Assembly: GCA_017536445.1 (NCBI GenBank)
Contig: JAFXHJ010000018.1
Location: 30,772 to 94,771, forward strand
DNA from: Clostridia bacterium
GTDB lineage: Bacteria > Bacillota > Clostridia > TANB77 > CAG-465
Length of the DNA stretch: 64,000 nucleotides
Direction: 5' to 3'
The position numbers were made by a program, and so were the translations under genes. Below, piece by piece: positions 28,801-38,629 of this stretch. Numbering within the stretch: position 1 is the stretch's first letter; every line of letters starts with the position of its first letter. A model generated the notes under the pieces. It ran no database searches. It saw only the letters and a program-made list of their open reading frames with translations, and was not told where the DNA came from.

Positions 28801-29315
28801 CGGGGAATCTTTTAGGCGCTGAACAATCTGGACATATGATGATGGTTGGTTATGACATGTATGCATCTATGTTAAATAAAGCTATAGAAAAAGAAAAACT
28901 TAAGGTAGATAATGATGCATCTGGTGAAAAGATTTCAGAAGATGTTAAGATTACACTTGATGTATCTGCTAATATTCCAAGTGATTATATTAAAAATAGT
29001 ATGCTTAAAATAGAAATGTATGGTAAACTTTCAAATGCAGATACGGAAGAAGATATTGAAGATGTAATAGACGAGTTTATAGATAGATTTGGTGAAATTC
29101 CAAAGGAAACAATGAATTTGATTGAAATAGTTAAGCTTAGAAATAGATGCAGGAAGTTGAGTATAAAAGAAGTAAAAGTTATGGGAGATTTTTTATACTT
29201 TATGGATAATACAAAAAATCACATAAAATATAGGTTGACAAATAGCTCAAAAAGTGATATATTGAGCTTTGTAAATAGCTCGATTGGTATACTTGAACAA
29301 ACCATGAGTAAATAG
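25887..29315 (+). CDS. mfd: Transcription-repair coupling factor
   Basis: 1142 aa. CarD-like KIGDYVVHVNHGIGKY. Helicase motifs GDVGYGKTEVA, DEEHRFG, SMTATPIPRTL, QIRGRVGRS. Confidence 0.95.
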   Translation: MNPLVKELPKHSKFKELLKCIKDGETNLSITGLTDATKAHVIYSLYNYSGVRPVVVCPNVSSAKRFMQDIKFYAEKDIVFMPAREIIYYDVDAQSRETNNARVGAISKLVDNKDMILVTTIDALLQPMLPKKEYENLNMTISLGEELDLDETILKLDRLGYTREDVVLAKGQFSVRGGIIDIFPTDAKMPYRVELFGTEVDNIRTFDTETQRSMDTVHDFYITFSTEHVISLNTKEEAINKLKSVLDEDISLDVKKSVKADIERMEEGNISGLIDRYYELFVPERVTLLDYLGENFCIFMDETAREISRAEAIKYENNEAIKVITMSGNVYSKYAFKYVSFEEIELKLKSLSTVYMSKLGQDRVMHAKRKEYSFSCREVNFFRSTMDLLIKDIKRYKEERKIILMVFSTLQKVETVKNAMEDNGVKTKFVQDISMVDDLDNNTIYITQGLISAGFSYDEFDLVVVSESLSGTSKKEIKSSKAFMGDMLNSYEDLKIGDYVVHVNHGIGKYLGIETIDTAGVVKDYIKLEYKDGGTLYIPITSLDSIKKYVCEDGFAPKMNKLGTKEWENTKAKVTKHVSDVAKELTLLYAKRSQAKGFAFSKDTPWQREFEADFEYELTNDQKRAIMEMKKDMEQQKPMDRLLCGDVGYGKTEVAIRGAFKAVMDSKQVAYLVPTTVLSLQQFNTFKNRMEKFGVKVEMLSRFRTAKQQQEIIAKLASGEIDVVVGTHRILSKDVKFKDLGLLIIDEEHRFGVEDKEKIKKYKNNIDVLSMTATPIPRTLHMSMIGIRDVSVITEPPQERLPVHTYVSEYNAAMVAEGIEKELARDGQVFYLSNRVENIESIVAKVRSLAPTARVAYAHGKMTPNQIEDTMVEYMNHESDILVCTTILESGIDIPNANTIIIENADKLGLAQLYQIRGRVGRSNRLAYAYVTYNKGSILTEEASKRLGAIKDYSEFGSGFKIALRDLEIRGAGNLLGAEQSGHMMMVGYDMYASMLNKAIEKEKLKVDNDASGEKISEDVKITLDVSANIPSDYIKNSMLKIEMYGKLSNADTEEDIEDVIDEFIDRFGEIPKETMNLIEIVKLRNRCRKLSIKEVKVMGDFLYFMDNTKNHIKYRLTNSSKSDILSFVNSSIGILEQTMSK

Positions 29316-29336
29316 GAAAGAATAGGGGTAGGAAAA

Positions 29337-30377
29337 ATGGAAAAAGAACAAAAAGTTAAAAAACCAGGTAGCAAAGATTCTTTAATAATAGGAATTGTTA
29401 TAGCAGTTGTACTTATACTTACAGCGGCAATAGTTGCATATGTATTCTGGGGAGTAAACAGTGAAGTGCTAGTACACTATAAAGGTGGAGAAATTACAAG
29501 AGGCAAATATGAATCTGTATATAGATATTGGGCTCCAACTTTATCATATTATGGATATAATCCAGATAATATTCCAGAACTAGTAATTGATGAAATATTA
29601 TTAAATGAAGTTTTATATAAAGAGGCTGTAGAAGCTGGTGCAAAGATTTCAGATGAAGACCAAAAATCAATAAACGAACAATTTACAGATAAAGAAAATC
29701 TAGAAGGATTAGTAGCACAAGGTGTTGATGTAGACGAATTAAAGGCGTTTTTTGAAAAGAATGCAGTTATAACTGCATATCTTGACGCAAAACAAGATAA
29801 AGTAACAACTGAAGAAATAAAGCAATTTATAATTCAAGATGAAGGTGAAGACGCTGACTTAAATCTATACAAAACAAGACATATATTATTTGCATTTAAA
29901 GCAGATATGACAGACGCAGATAAAGCTAAATTATTAAAAGAAGCACAAGATGTTTTAGCAAAAGTTAAAAAAGGCGGAGATTTTGCAAAACTTGCAGCAG
30001 AACACTCAGATGATGGTTCAGCTCAAAATGGTGGACAATTCGATATGGCTAACAACCAAACAGTTGTAAAAGCATACAGAGATGCTGTTGTTAAATTAAA
30101 AGCTGGTCAAGTTGCAGATAAAGTTGTTGAAACTGAATATGGATATCATATTATAAAATTAGATAGCGTTGAAAAGAATGGAAGACTTACAGCCGAGGAT
30201 GAAATTTCAAAATTCATAAATGCATATATTTCAGACAGAATAAGTGAAGTGTTCGATCCAGCAGATGAAGAAAGCAAAAAAGAATTAGAAGCAGTTAAAG
30301 AGTTATCTTTAAGAGTAGATAATGAATTAGGAATAATTCATGAAGAATCAGAAGTGCAAAGCGTAGTAGCACAATAA
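29337..30377 (+). CDS. Membrane-anchored parvulin-type peptidylprolyl isomerase (PrsA/SurA-like)
   Basis: N-terminal TM segment. Parvulin core TRHILFAF...GGDFAKLAAEHSDD...GYHIIKL. Confidence 0.8.
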   Translation: MEKEQKVKKPGSKDSLIIGIVIAVVLILTAAIVAYVFWGVNSEVLVHYKGGEITRGKYESVYRYWAPTLSYYGYNPDNIPELVIDEILLNEVLYKEAVEAGAKISDEDQKSINEQFTDKENLEGLVAQGVDVDELKAFFEKNAVITAYLDAKQDKVTTEEIKQFIIQDEGEDADLNLYKTRHILFAFKADMTDADKAKLLKEAQDVLAKVKKGGDFAKLAAEHSDDGSAQNGGQFDMANNQTVVKAYRDAVVKLKAGQVADKVVETEYGYHIIKLDSVEKNGRLTAEDEISKFINAYISDRISEVFDPADEESKKELEAVKELSLRVDNELGIIHEESEVQSVVAQ

Positions 30378-30404
30378 TAAATAAGAAATTAAGAAAAGAA
30401 GATA

Positions 30405-31223
30405 GTGTATATGATAATAGTTAGTAAAAGTAACGAAAAAATCAAATACATTAACAGTCTAAAAGATAAAAAATACAGAGACAAATATAATAAATATATT
30501 TTGGAAGGTATTAAACTAGTAAATGAACAGATAAGCTCAGGGGATAATACCCTTGAGTTTATTGTTATATCTAGGGAACTTCTAAACATACATCAAGGTG
30601 GTAATGAACTGTATGAAAAACTTAAAGACTTAGATAATGTATTGGAAGTAGATGAAAAAATATTTGCATATTTATCTGATACAGAAACACCACAAGGTGC
30701 ACTTATAGTATTAGATAAGAAAAAATGTGAATTAAAAGATTTAATAAATAATATAAATAATAATGAGAAGATTATAGTATTAGATAAAGTGCAAGATGCA
30801 GGAAATATGGGTACTATAATTCGTACAGCAGTAGCTTTTGGTATAAATAATGTAGTTTGTATAAAAGGAAGTGTAGACGTATATTCTTCTAAGGTAATAC
30901 GTAGCACAATGGGAGCTATACATAAAACTAATATATTCTATGTAAATCTAGATGAAATGAAAGAAATAAAAAAAGCGTTAGAGGCTAACGGCTATGATTT
31001 ATGTGGAACAGATCTTAAAGCTACTAAGTATTTAAATGAAACAAAACCTAATAACAAAACAGTATATGTATTAGGAAATGAAGCAAATGGAATGAGTGAG
31101 GAAATGAAAGAACTATGTAGCTCACTTGTAAAAATACCAATGGAAAGTGTTCAAGAATCTCTTAATGTTGGTGTGGCTGCGGCAATACTTATGTACAACG
31201 GATATATTGGAGGTGAAGCATAA
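30405..31223 (+). CDS. TrmH/SpoU-family RNA 2'-O-methyltransferase
   Basis: SpoU motifs DKVQDAGNMGTIIRTA, YVLGNEANGMS, IPMESVQESLNVGVAAAILMY. The start may be at 30411. Confidence 0.85.
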   Translation: MYMIIVSKSNEKIKYINSLKDKKYRDKYNKYILEGIKLVNEQISSGDNTLEFIVISRELLNIHQGGNELYEKLKDLDNVLEVDEKIFAYLSDTETPQGALIVLDKKKCELKDLINNINNNEKIIVLDKVQDAGNMGTIIRTAVAFGINNVVCIKGSVDVYSSKVIRSTMGAIHKTNIFYVNLDEMKEIKKALEANGYDLCGTDLKATKYLNETKPNNKTVYVLGNEANGMSEEMKELCSSLVKIPMESVQESLNVGVAAAILMYNGYIGGEA

Positions 31224-32314
31224 TGCCAGCAAGACTTACGATTAATCTTTCAAATTTAAAACATAATATAGAAAGTATGAAAACAAAATTACATAGTAAT
31301 CAAGAAATTCTTGCTATGGTTAAGGCTGATGCTTATGGTTCAGGACTCGTAGAAACTACTAAATATCTAGAGGAAAATGGGATAAGAAATTTTGGCGTTG
31401 CTTATCTTAAAGAGGCTAAAAAGTTAAGAGCTGCAGGAGTAAAAGGTAAAATAGTAGTATTCTCAGGAATACTTCCATATGAGGTAGAAGAAGCGGTAAA
31501 TGTTGATGCGGTGTATAGTGTTTCAAATTTAGAAATATTAAAAGACCTAGATAAAAAAGCTACTTCTAAAGTTAAAATTGAGATTGCTATAGATACAGGT
31601 ATGACTAGACTTGGGTTTGCAAAAGAAGAATTAGTAGAACTTGCAAGCACATTAAAAACTTTAAATAATGTAGAAGTAGATGGTGTTTATACACACTTTT
31701 CTAGTGCTGATGTAGAAGGAAAAGAAAGTTTTACTAAAACTCAAATGAAACTGTTTGAAGAATGCATTAATATTCTTGAAAATGAAGGTATTGTTATACC
31801 GAACAAGCATATGGATAATAGTGCAGGAATAATGAAATATAATTTGGATAAATATAATGTTGTAAGACTTGGAATATCTTTATATGGATATTATCCAGAT
31901 TCTATGTTTAAATCCTCTGTTAACTTAAAAGGAATATTTAAACTAACAGCTCCAATATGTAATATACGTACAGTAGGGACTGGACATAATGTAAGTTATG
32001 GTGGTACATATACTACAGATAAAGAAACTAAAATAGCTGTGCTTCAAATAGGATATGCTGATGGATTTGTAAGAAGCTTATCTAATAATTTTAAAGTACT
32101 AGTAAACGGTATGGAAGCTCCTATAATTGGAAGAATATGTATGGATACATGTATGATAGATGTAACAGGTATAGATGTAAAACTTGGAGATGAAGCGATT
32201 ATATTTGATTATGATGGTGTAAAACTTGAAGAAATAGCTAACCTTACAAATACAATTCATTATGAAATAATAACTACTATTGGTAAAAGAGTAGATAGAG
32301 AATATATAAGATAA
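31223..32314 (+). CDS. alr: Alanine racemase
   Basis: AMVKADAYGSG PLP-lysine motif, THFSSAD, GYADG, GRICMD. Its ATG overlaps the upstream TAA. Confidence 0.92.
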   Translation: MPARLTINLSNLKHNIESMKTKLHSNQEILAMVKADAYGSGLVETTKYLEENGIRNFGVAYLKEAKKLRAAGVKGKIVVFSGILPYEVEEAVNVDAVYSVSNLEILKDLDKKATSKVKIEIAIDTGMTRLGFAKEELVELASTLKTLNNVEVDGVYTHFSSADVEGKESFTKTQMKLFEECINILENEGIVIPNKHMDNSAGIMKYNLDKYNVVRLGISLYGYYPDSMFKSSVNLKGIFKLTAPICNIRTVGTGHNVSYGGTYTTDKETKIAVLQIGYADGFVRSLSNNFKVLVNGMEAPIIGRICMDTCMIDVTGIDVKLGDEAIIFDYDGVKLEEIANLTNTIHYEIITTIGKRVDREYIR

Positions 32315-32392
32315 TATATAAATTCATAATATTTGTTTATATATTACGTATAAAAAACTAAATATTGGTAAAAATATATACAGGTGACGATT

Positions 32393-32923
32393 ATGTTAGA
32401 ATGTATATATTTTTTTATTATAGGATCTTTTGCAGGATGGCTTTTAGAATGCTTGTTTAGATTTATGGCAGGCCACTTAGATAAAAGTCCGGGAATATTA
32501 AATACACCTTTTTGTATCCTTTACGGTTTTGGGACGGTTGCACTTTCTTTAATAATATCTAGAATAACAACAAATGCGCCTATACTCTTTTTATTATCTG
32601 CTGCTATTCTTACTTTAATGGAATATGTAACATATATTCTTTTAAGAGATATTTATGGACTTAAGCTTTGGGACTATTCTAATATGACATTTAAACTAGA
32701 TGAAAAAGTTTGTTTAGAATTTTCTTTAATATGGGGAACATTAGGAGTGTTATATATTAAATATTTACTCCCTATATTAACTAGATTCTTTTATTTAGCA
32801 AAAGGCCCAACGTTAATATTTGCAATATACATATTATTTGGAATAATATTTGTAGATTTTGTATATTCAAATTACAAATTATTAAGGTCTAAGAAGATGT
32901 ACACAGTAAAAATAAATGGATAG
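32393..32923 (+). CDS. Membrane protein, PF06541-like (putative ABC-transporter type IV family)
   Basis: GSFAGWLLECLF N-terminal motif and four to five TM segments. Confidence 0.5.
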   Translation: MLECIYFFIIGSFAGWLLECLFRFMAGHLDKSPGILNTPFCILYGFGTVALSLIISRITTNAPILFLLSAAILTLMEYVTYILLRDIYGLKLWDYSNMTFKLDEKVCLEFSLIWGTLGVLYIKYLLPILTRFFYLAKGPTLIFAIYILFGIIFVDFVYSNYKLLRSKKMYTVKING

Positions 32924-32961
32924 TAAAATAGATAATAAATTAAATTGAATTATATTAATAT

Positions 32962-32998
32962 AAAAAACATAGAATGTATAAACGTTCTATGTTTTTTG
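32962..32998 (+). terminator. Rho-independent terminator
   Basis: AACATAGAA/TTCTATGTT stem, followed by TTTTTG. Confidence 0.7.
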
Positions 32999-33096
32999 TA
33001 TGTTTTTATTGTATTAAAAAGAGCTTCTATAGTTGACTACTTAAAATATATGTAGTAAAATAGGGTGATAGAATAAGTTAATAATGGAGGGTGATT

Positions 33097-34986
33097 ATGA
33101 CTAAAAAAATAATGAGTATCTTCCTTGCAATAATAATGGTAATGCCGGTAGTTTTTCCGGTGTTTGCTTTGAGTAAAGAGGATATATTAGCAAGACTAGA
33201 TGAATTATCAGTAGATATTAAAGATATGAAGGAAAAGTATGAAGAAATTCTTGAAACATATCCAGATGTTATAGATTCGTTGTCTACAGCAAATAAAGAT
33301 GCAATAGAAAATCTTGCTGAAAATATGACAGATGACAATATAAAAGAAACAATTAATTCTATTAAAGAGGAACTAGCAAATTCTACAGTAGAAAATGCGG
33401 ATAAAGTTCTAGAAGGTATTGAAGCATTAGAAGATGATGCTAAAGCTTTAATAGATGAAAATAAAGACCTTATAGAAGATGTTAAGTCTGGATATAAAGA
33501 CTTGTCTGCTAAAGAATTAGAAGAGGTTCTAGATAAGGTAAAAGATGTAGTAGGAGATTTAGGATATAACACAGATACAACAGCTACATTTAATAGCCTA
33601 AAAAACATATTAGATGACGCACATGATATAGCATTAGAAGTAAATGATATGGTTGAAGATATGCTTAAAAAGCATCATGATGTTTTTATAGAAGGGTTAG
33701 AAAAAACTAGTGTAAAAGAAGTAGCAGAAGCTGTAAAGACTAAAGATATTAATGAAGTAATAGCAGTAATAGAAAAAACATTAAACAAATTATCTGGAGC
33801 TGAAGCTGAAGCTGCTAAAGCGGATGTTAAAGCTGCAAAAAATAAAGCAGTAGAGCTTAAGAATGTTATTAAAAAAGTAAAAAATCTAGATAAACTAGAA
33901 ATCCTTATGTTTACAGATGTTCAAATAGAAACTATTTCAGATAAAGTTAAAGATGTTGAAAAGGATTATATAGCATTTGTTAAATTAATAATAAATAATT
34001 ATCTACAACAATATGTTGGAAGCATAATGGAAGTATCTTATGGTAAATCTATAGATACAGCAATAGATTATGCTAATGATGTCCTAGATTATGTAGAAGA
34101 ATTTAAATCTACTAAGGACATTACAACTGAAGATTTAATAGATAGATTACCAAAGGGTGTAGTAGAAAACGCTGGACTTTTAGTAGCAATGGGATTTGTA
34201 GATGTAGAAAGATATAACAAGCAATTTATTTTAGACAACTTTGATCCTGAAATAAATAAAACAATAGATTTTCTTGCAGAAGAAGTTATAGATTATTTAT
34301 CTAATCTTGAGACTACTTTAGAAAAAGAAATCAAAGCGGAGTTAGATAAAAATCTTGATGCTAGTACAACTCAAACAAACGTTAAAGGGTTAACAAGTAA
34401 GAGATTTACTACTGTAACAAAATTAAAAGCGCTTAAGAAAAGAGCAGATGATATAGCTTTAAATAAAGTGCAAAGTGTAAAAGAAAAAGTAGAACTAGTT
34501 GAACCTTTAGCTTATGATATATTCTATTCAAATATATTAATGAGCATAGAAAAGACTATGGGACTAGAAAAAGAAAAATCTAATAAAGAATATGAGTTTA
34601 ATGAAACTCGTGGATATATAATAACAGATTCATTTATGAAGACTGCAAATATATATTCTAAATTAGGAATTCCTAGTGCAAATAAGAGTGTACTAACATT
34701 TGAAAAAGTAGCAAGTTCTAAAATAAGAACAGGTTCAACAATGTTGATAACTCTTGGAGAAAACATTGAAGAAACATATACATATGCAGTACTTGGAGAT
34801 GTATATGCAGATGGCATAGTAGATGCAAGAGATTATATGATGATTAAGAATTATATAATGGAAAAAGAAACTTTAGATGCTATTAAATTATTAGCAGCAG
34901 ATCCATACAGAGACTCTACAATAGATGCAAGAGATTATATGATGATTAAAAATCAAATAATGGAAAAAGACGAGATTTCGTTATAG
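33097..34986 (+). CDS. Secreted coiled-coil-rich protein with C-terminal dockerin-like duplicated Ca-loop/helix segment
   Basis: Signal peptide ending VFA/LS. The C-terminus DVYADGIVDARDYMMIKNYIMEK ... DPYRDSTIDARDYMMIKNQIMEK is a tandem EF-hand-like pair. Confidence 0.6.
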   Translation: MTKKIMSIFLAIIMVMPVVFPVFALSKEDILARLDELSVDIKDMKEKYEEILETYPDVIDSLSTANKDAIENLAENMTDDNIKETINSIKEELANSTVENADKVLEGIEALEDDAKALIDENKDLIEDVKSGYKDLSAKELEEVLDKVKDVVGDLGYNTDTTATFNSLKNILDDAHDIALEVNDMVEDMLKKHHDVFIEGLEKTSVKEVAEAVKTKDINEVIAVIEKTLNKLSGAEAEAAKADVKAAKNKAVELKNVIKKVKNLDKLEILMFTDVQIETISDKVKDVEKDYIAFVKLIINNYLQQYVGSIMEVSYGKSIDTAIDYANDVLDYVEEFKSTKDITTEDLIDRLPKGVVENAGLLVAMGFVDVERYNKQFILDNFDPEINKTIDFLAEEVIDYLSNLETTLEKEIKAELDKNLDASTTQTNVKGLTSKRFTTVTKLKALKKRADDIALNKVQSVKEKVELVEPLAYDIFYSNILMSIEKTMGLEKEKSNKEYEFNETRGYIITDSFMKTANIYSKLGIPSANKSVLTFEKVASSKIRTGSTMLITLGENIEETYTYAVLGDVYADGIVDARDYMMIKNYIMEKETLDAIKLLAADPYRDSTIDARDYMMIKNQIMEKDEISL

Positions 34987-34999
34987 GGGGATAAAGTAT

Positions 35000-36217
35000 A
35001 TGAATAAATTAAAGAAAATATTTGGCGTATTGTTTATACTTGCTATAATACTAACAGCTATGCCACAAAAGGTATATGCAGCAGGGAAATATTCGATTTC
35101 TGTAGGAGCAACATCAATAACTGTTGGTAAATCAGTAAAATTAACAATAAAAACAACAAATGCTGCTGGTAAATTTACAGTAACATCATCTAACCCAGCT
35201 GTTGTTAAGGTAAGTAGCTCATCTACATGGGTAGATGGATCTGCAATGGATCCTAAGATTACACTTAAAGGATTAAAAGCTGGTACAGCTACAATAACAA
35301 TAACACCAGTTAACGTATCAGATGACGAATATAAATTATTAACAAATAAAAAGAGTATTAAAATAACTGTTAAGAAAGCTAGTACAACAACTACTACAGA
35401 TAAAACAACAACAACTACTACAACTAAATCTTCAGATGCAACTTTAAAAAGTTTAACAACAACACAAGATTTAGACTTAGTATTTAGTAAAGATAAAACA
35501 AATTATTCTGTAACTGTAGATAAGACAGTTAACTCTTTAGGATTAAAAGCAGTAGCAAACGATAGTAAAGCAACTGTTAAAATAGAAGGAGATAAAGACT
35601 TCGTTGTTGGAGAAAATACAGTAACAATTACTGTAACTGCAGAAAATGGAACAAAGAAAATATATACAGTAACAGTAACTAAAACAGCTACAGCTGAAGC
35701 TCCACTAGTAGATTTAGGAGTTAAAGGATATGAACTTAACAAAGAGTTTAATCCAGAAGAATTAGAATATAGCGTTGAAGCTATGGGGGTAGATGCAGTA
35801 GAAGTAGAATATACAACATTAAGACCAACTACTAAAGTAGAAGTTATAGGACATGATAATCTAAAAGAAGGTAGAAACCAAATTAAAGTTATAGCTATAA
35901 CAGAAAAAGGATTAACTACTGTATACACAATCAATGTAAATGTATCTAAAGCACCAGCTGCTGTAGTAGAGAAGAATAATACAATGTGGTTAATAATAAT
36001 TGTAATATTAATTGCTCTTGTATTAATTGAAAGCTTATACATAATGGTTCAAGATAAAATAGTTCCAGTAAAAGATGACGAAGAAGAGGAAGAAACTAAG
36101 AAAACAACTAGAAGAAGAACTCAAACAACAACTAAAAAAGCAGATAGTAAGAAAGAAGTAGCTAAAAAAACAGCAGCAAAGAAGACAGAAACAGCAAAGA
36201 AAACAACTAAAAAATAA
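35000..36217 (+). CDS. Surface protein: signal peptide, Big_2-like Ig domain, two cadherin-like beta-sandwich domains, TM anchor, Lys-rich cytoplasmic tail
   Basis: SPVNVSDDEY-type Big_2 segment. Two DATLKSL...YSVTV...TVTAENGTKKIYTVTV-type segments. TM segment MWLIIIVILIALVLI. Tail KKTTRRRTQTTTKKADSKK. Confidence 0.65.
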   Translation: MNKLKKIFGVLFILAIILTAMPQKVYAAGKYSISVGATSITVGKSVKLTIKTTNAAGKFTVTSSNPAVVKVSSSSTWVDGSAMDPKITLKGLKAGTATITITPVNVSDDEYKLLTNKKSIKITVKKASTTTTTDKTTTTTTTKSSDATLKSLTTTQDLDLVFSKDKTNYSVTVDKTVNSLGLKAVANDSKATVKIEGDKDFVVGENTVTITVTAENGTKKIYTVTVTKTATAEAPLVDLGVKGYELNKEFNPEELEYSVEAMGVDAVEVEYTTLRPTTKVEVIGHDNLKEGRNQIKVIAITEKGLTTVYTINVNVSKAPAAVVEKNNTMWLIIIVILIALVLIESLYIMVQDKIVPVKDDEEEEETKKTTRRRTQTTTKKADSKKEVAKKTAAKKTETAKKTTKK

Positions 36218-36244
36218 TATATATAGTAGTAATAAAAAATAGCA

Positions 36245-36274
36245 GAAGAAGTAGGTGAAAACCTACTTCTTTAA
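36245..36274 (+). terminator. Terminator-like hairpin
   Basis: AGAAGTAGGT, GAAA loop, ACCTACTTCT. The T-run is short. Confidence 0.55.
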
Positions 36275-36398
36275 TGCGCATAAATAAATACTGGAAATTA
36301 AAGTTAATTGACATAAAATTGTTGAAAATGTACACATTTTATGGTAGTATATATGAGACGATTTGTCGGATAAATTTTAGTGAGGCAAATAAGAATAA

Positions 36399-37505
36399 AT
36401 GGATAAGAAAATAGTAATTGAAGATATACAAATAGAGGACCTATTAGAACGCAGTGAAATCGATTTAAATGACAATAAAGTAAAAGATGACATATTAGGA
36501 AAAGTAGTGCTTGTAACAGGCGCTGGCGGCTCGATAGGATCAGAACTATGTATGCAAATAGCAAGCTTTAATCCAAAGCTGCTGTTAATGTTAGACATTT
36601 ATGAAAATACATTGTATGAACTAGATATAGAATTAAGAAGAAAATATCCTATGCTAGAATTAAAAAGTATTATTGCAAGCGTAAGAGACAGTAAAAGGAT
36701 TAATGAGATATTTGAAGAATTTAAACCAAACTTAGTATTTCATGCGGCTGCACATAAACACGTTCCTTTAATGGAAATAAGCCCAATAGAGGCAATAAAA
36801 AACAATGTATTTGGAACATATAATGTAGCTAAAGCTGCGGACAAGTTTGGTACTCAAAAGTTTGTTCTTGTATCAACAGATAAAGCTGTTAATCCAACAA
36901 GTATTATGGGTGCTACAAAGAGAATTTGTGAAATGATTATCCAAATGATGAATAGTTCATCTATGACAAATTATGTTGCAGTAAGATTTGGTAATGTACT
37001 TGGAAGTCACGGTTCAGTTATACCAATATTCAAAAAACAAATTAAAGAAGGTGGACCTGTTACAGTAACTCATAAAGATGTAACAAGATACTTTATGACT
37101 ATTCCGGAAGCAGTAGGACTAATACTTAAAGCAAATACATTTGCTTTAGGTGGAGAAATATTTGTTCTAGATATGGGTAAGCAAATAAGAATTTATGATT
37201 TAGCAGTGAATATGATAAAGCTTTGTGGCTATGAACCAGATAAAGACATAAAGATAGAATTTACTGGATTAAGACCTGGCGAAAAGCTTTATGAAGAATT
37301 ACTAGTAAACGAAGAAGGATTATCTAAAACGTTACATGAGAAGATAATGGTTACAAAAATAATGGATTTTGATCCTAAACTAGTAAAAGAAGAACTAGAA
37401 AAGTTAAAAGAGTTAATAACGTCTGAAGAAAAAGTATCTAAAGAAGATATAAAAAGAATAATTAAAGAGATTGTTCCAACATATATTGAATGTGGGACTA
37501 ACTAA
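36399..37505 (+). CDS. Polysaccharide biosynthesis protein, CapD/PglF-like NDP-sugar 4,6-dehydratase (soluble, lacks the usual N-terminal TM domain)
   Basis: Rossmann motif VLVTGAGGSIGSEL, catalytic region STDKAVNPTSIMGATKR, and RFGNVLGSHGSV. Confidence 0.85.
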   Translation: MDKKIVIEDIQIEDLLERSEIDLNDNKVKDDILGKVVLVTGAGGSIGSELCMQIASFNPKLLLMLDIYENTLYELDIELRRKYPMLELKSIIASVRDSKRINEIFEEFKPNLVFHAAAHKHVPLMEISPIEAIKNNVFGTYNVAKAADKFGTQKFVLVSTDKAVNPTSIMGATKRICEMIIQMMNSSSMTNYVAVRFGNVLGSHGSVIPIFKKQIKEGGPVTVTHKDVTRYFMTIPEAVGLILKANTFALGGEIFVLDMGKQIRIYDLAVNMIKLCGYEPDKDIKIEFTGLRPGEKLYEELLVNEEGLSKTLHEKIMVTKIMDFDPKLVKEELEKLKELITSEEKVSKEDIKRIIKEIVPTYIECGTN

Positions 37506-37527
37506 ATTAAAAAGGGGAGAGAGTTAA

Positions 37528-38142
37528 ATGTATAGGAAATGTATAAAAAGAATACTAGACTTTACAGTAGCTTTAATAGGATTAATAATAGCATCACCAG
37601 TGATGGTAATTATAGCTATACTAATAAAACTAGATAGTAAAGGACCTGTAATATTTAAACAAGAAAGAACAGGATATAAAGGTAAAATATTTAACTGTTA
37701 CAAATTTAGAACTATGAAAGTAGAAACTCATGCAAAGGATGGTAGAGAACTTACACATGACGAAAGATGTACTAAGATAGGTAATATAATTCGTAAATTA
37801 AGTGTAGATGAATTACCACAACTTATAAACATATTAAAAGGTGAAATGAGTTTAATTGGTCCAAGACCTTGGATTCCAGAATATTATAAATACTTTTCTA
37901 AAGAGCAAAAGAAAAGATGTGATGTATTACCAGGAATAACAGGACTAGCACAAGCTATGGGAAGAAATAATTTAGATATATTTGAGAAGATCAATTATGA
38001 TATCAAATATACTCAAAATGTAAGCTTCAAAATGGACTGTAAGGTAGTAATAGAAACAGTAAAAACAGTATTATCTAAAACTGGTGCCGAAATAAAACAA
38101 GAAGGTATCCAAGATGAGATAAATATGTTAAAGGCACAATAA
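37528..38142 (+). CDS. Undecaprenyl-phosphate sugar phosphotransferase (small bacterial sugar transferase, PglC/EpsL-like)
   Basis: A single N-terminal re-entrant helix, then KFRTM and VDELPQLINILKGEMSLIGPRP. Confidence 0.88.
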   Translation: MYRKCIKRILDFTVALIGLIIASPVMVIIAILIKLDSKGPVIFKQERTGYKGKIFNCYKFRTMKVETHAKDGRELTHDERCTKIGNIIRKLSVDELPQLINILKGEMSLIGPRPWIPEYYKYFSKEQKKRCDVLPGITGLAQAMGRNNLDIFEKINYDIKYTQNVSFKMDCKVVIETVKTVLSKTGAEIKQEGIQDEINMLKAQ

Positions 38143-38143
38143 A

Positions 38144-38629
38144 ATGAAGAAACAAACTATATTAAGAATAATAAGCATAATATTTGTATTAGCTTGGATG
38201 ATAACTGTATTTATGTTATCACATCAAATAGCAGAAGAATCATCTAAGACAAGCAGCAACTTTATTACAGTAATAATAAAACTATTTAATAAAGACATTG
38301 AACAAGAACAACTAGAAACAATGATATTAAAAGTAGAAATGATAGTAAGAAAGTTAGCACATTTTGTGTTATACACACTAGGTGGAATGCTAATAACAAT
38401 TATGTTTATTAATTTTAAAGAATATATAACAAAAACAAAAATAGCATCATTTTTATTAGGAGCAACATATGCAATAACAGATGAAATACATCAGTTATTC
38501 ATACCTGGTAGAAGTGGAGAAATACGAGATGTATTAATAGATTCAACAGGGGTATTACTTGGTGTATTTATTATATATCTCTTAATGCGTATAAAGGGGA
38601 TGTTTAGAAGTGGGGAAAAAAATAAATGA
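38144..38629 (+). CDS. VanZ family membrane protein
   Basis: KLAHFVLYTLGG and DEIHQLFIPGRSGEIRDVLIDSTG motifs. Confidence 0.8.
   Translation: MKKQTILRIISIIFVLAWMITVFMLSHQIAEESSKTSSNFITVIIKLFNKDIEQEQLETMILKVEMIVRKLAHFVLYTLGGMLITIMFINFKEYITKTKIASFLLGATYAITDEIHQLFIPGRSGEIRDVLIDSTGVLLGVFIIYLLMRIKGMFRSGEKNK

Noticed and set aside
35000-36217. Searched the surface and secreted proteins of the window for LPXTG-type sorting signals that would explain the sortase gene at 53312.
   Set aside because: - No LPXTG/LPXTA/NPQTN motif followed by a TM segment plus a basic tail was found.
- The 35000-36217 product has a TM segment plus a basic tail but no sorting motif upstream of it.
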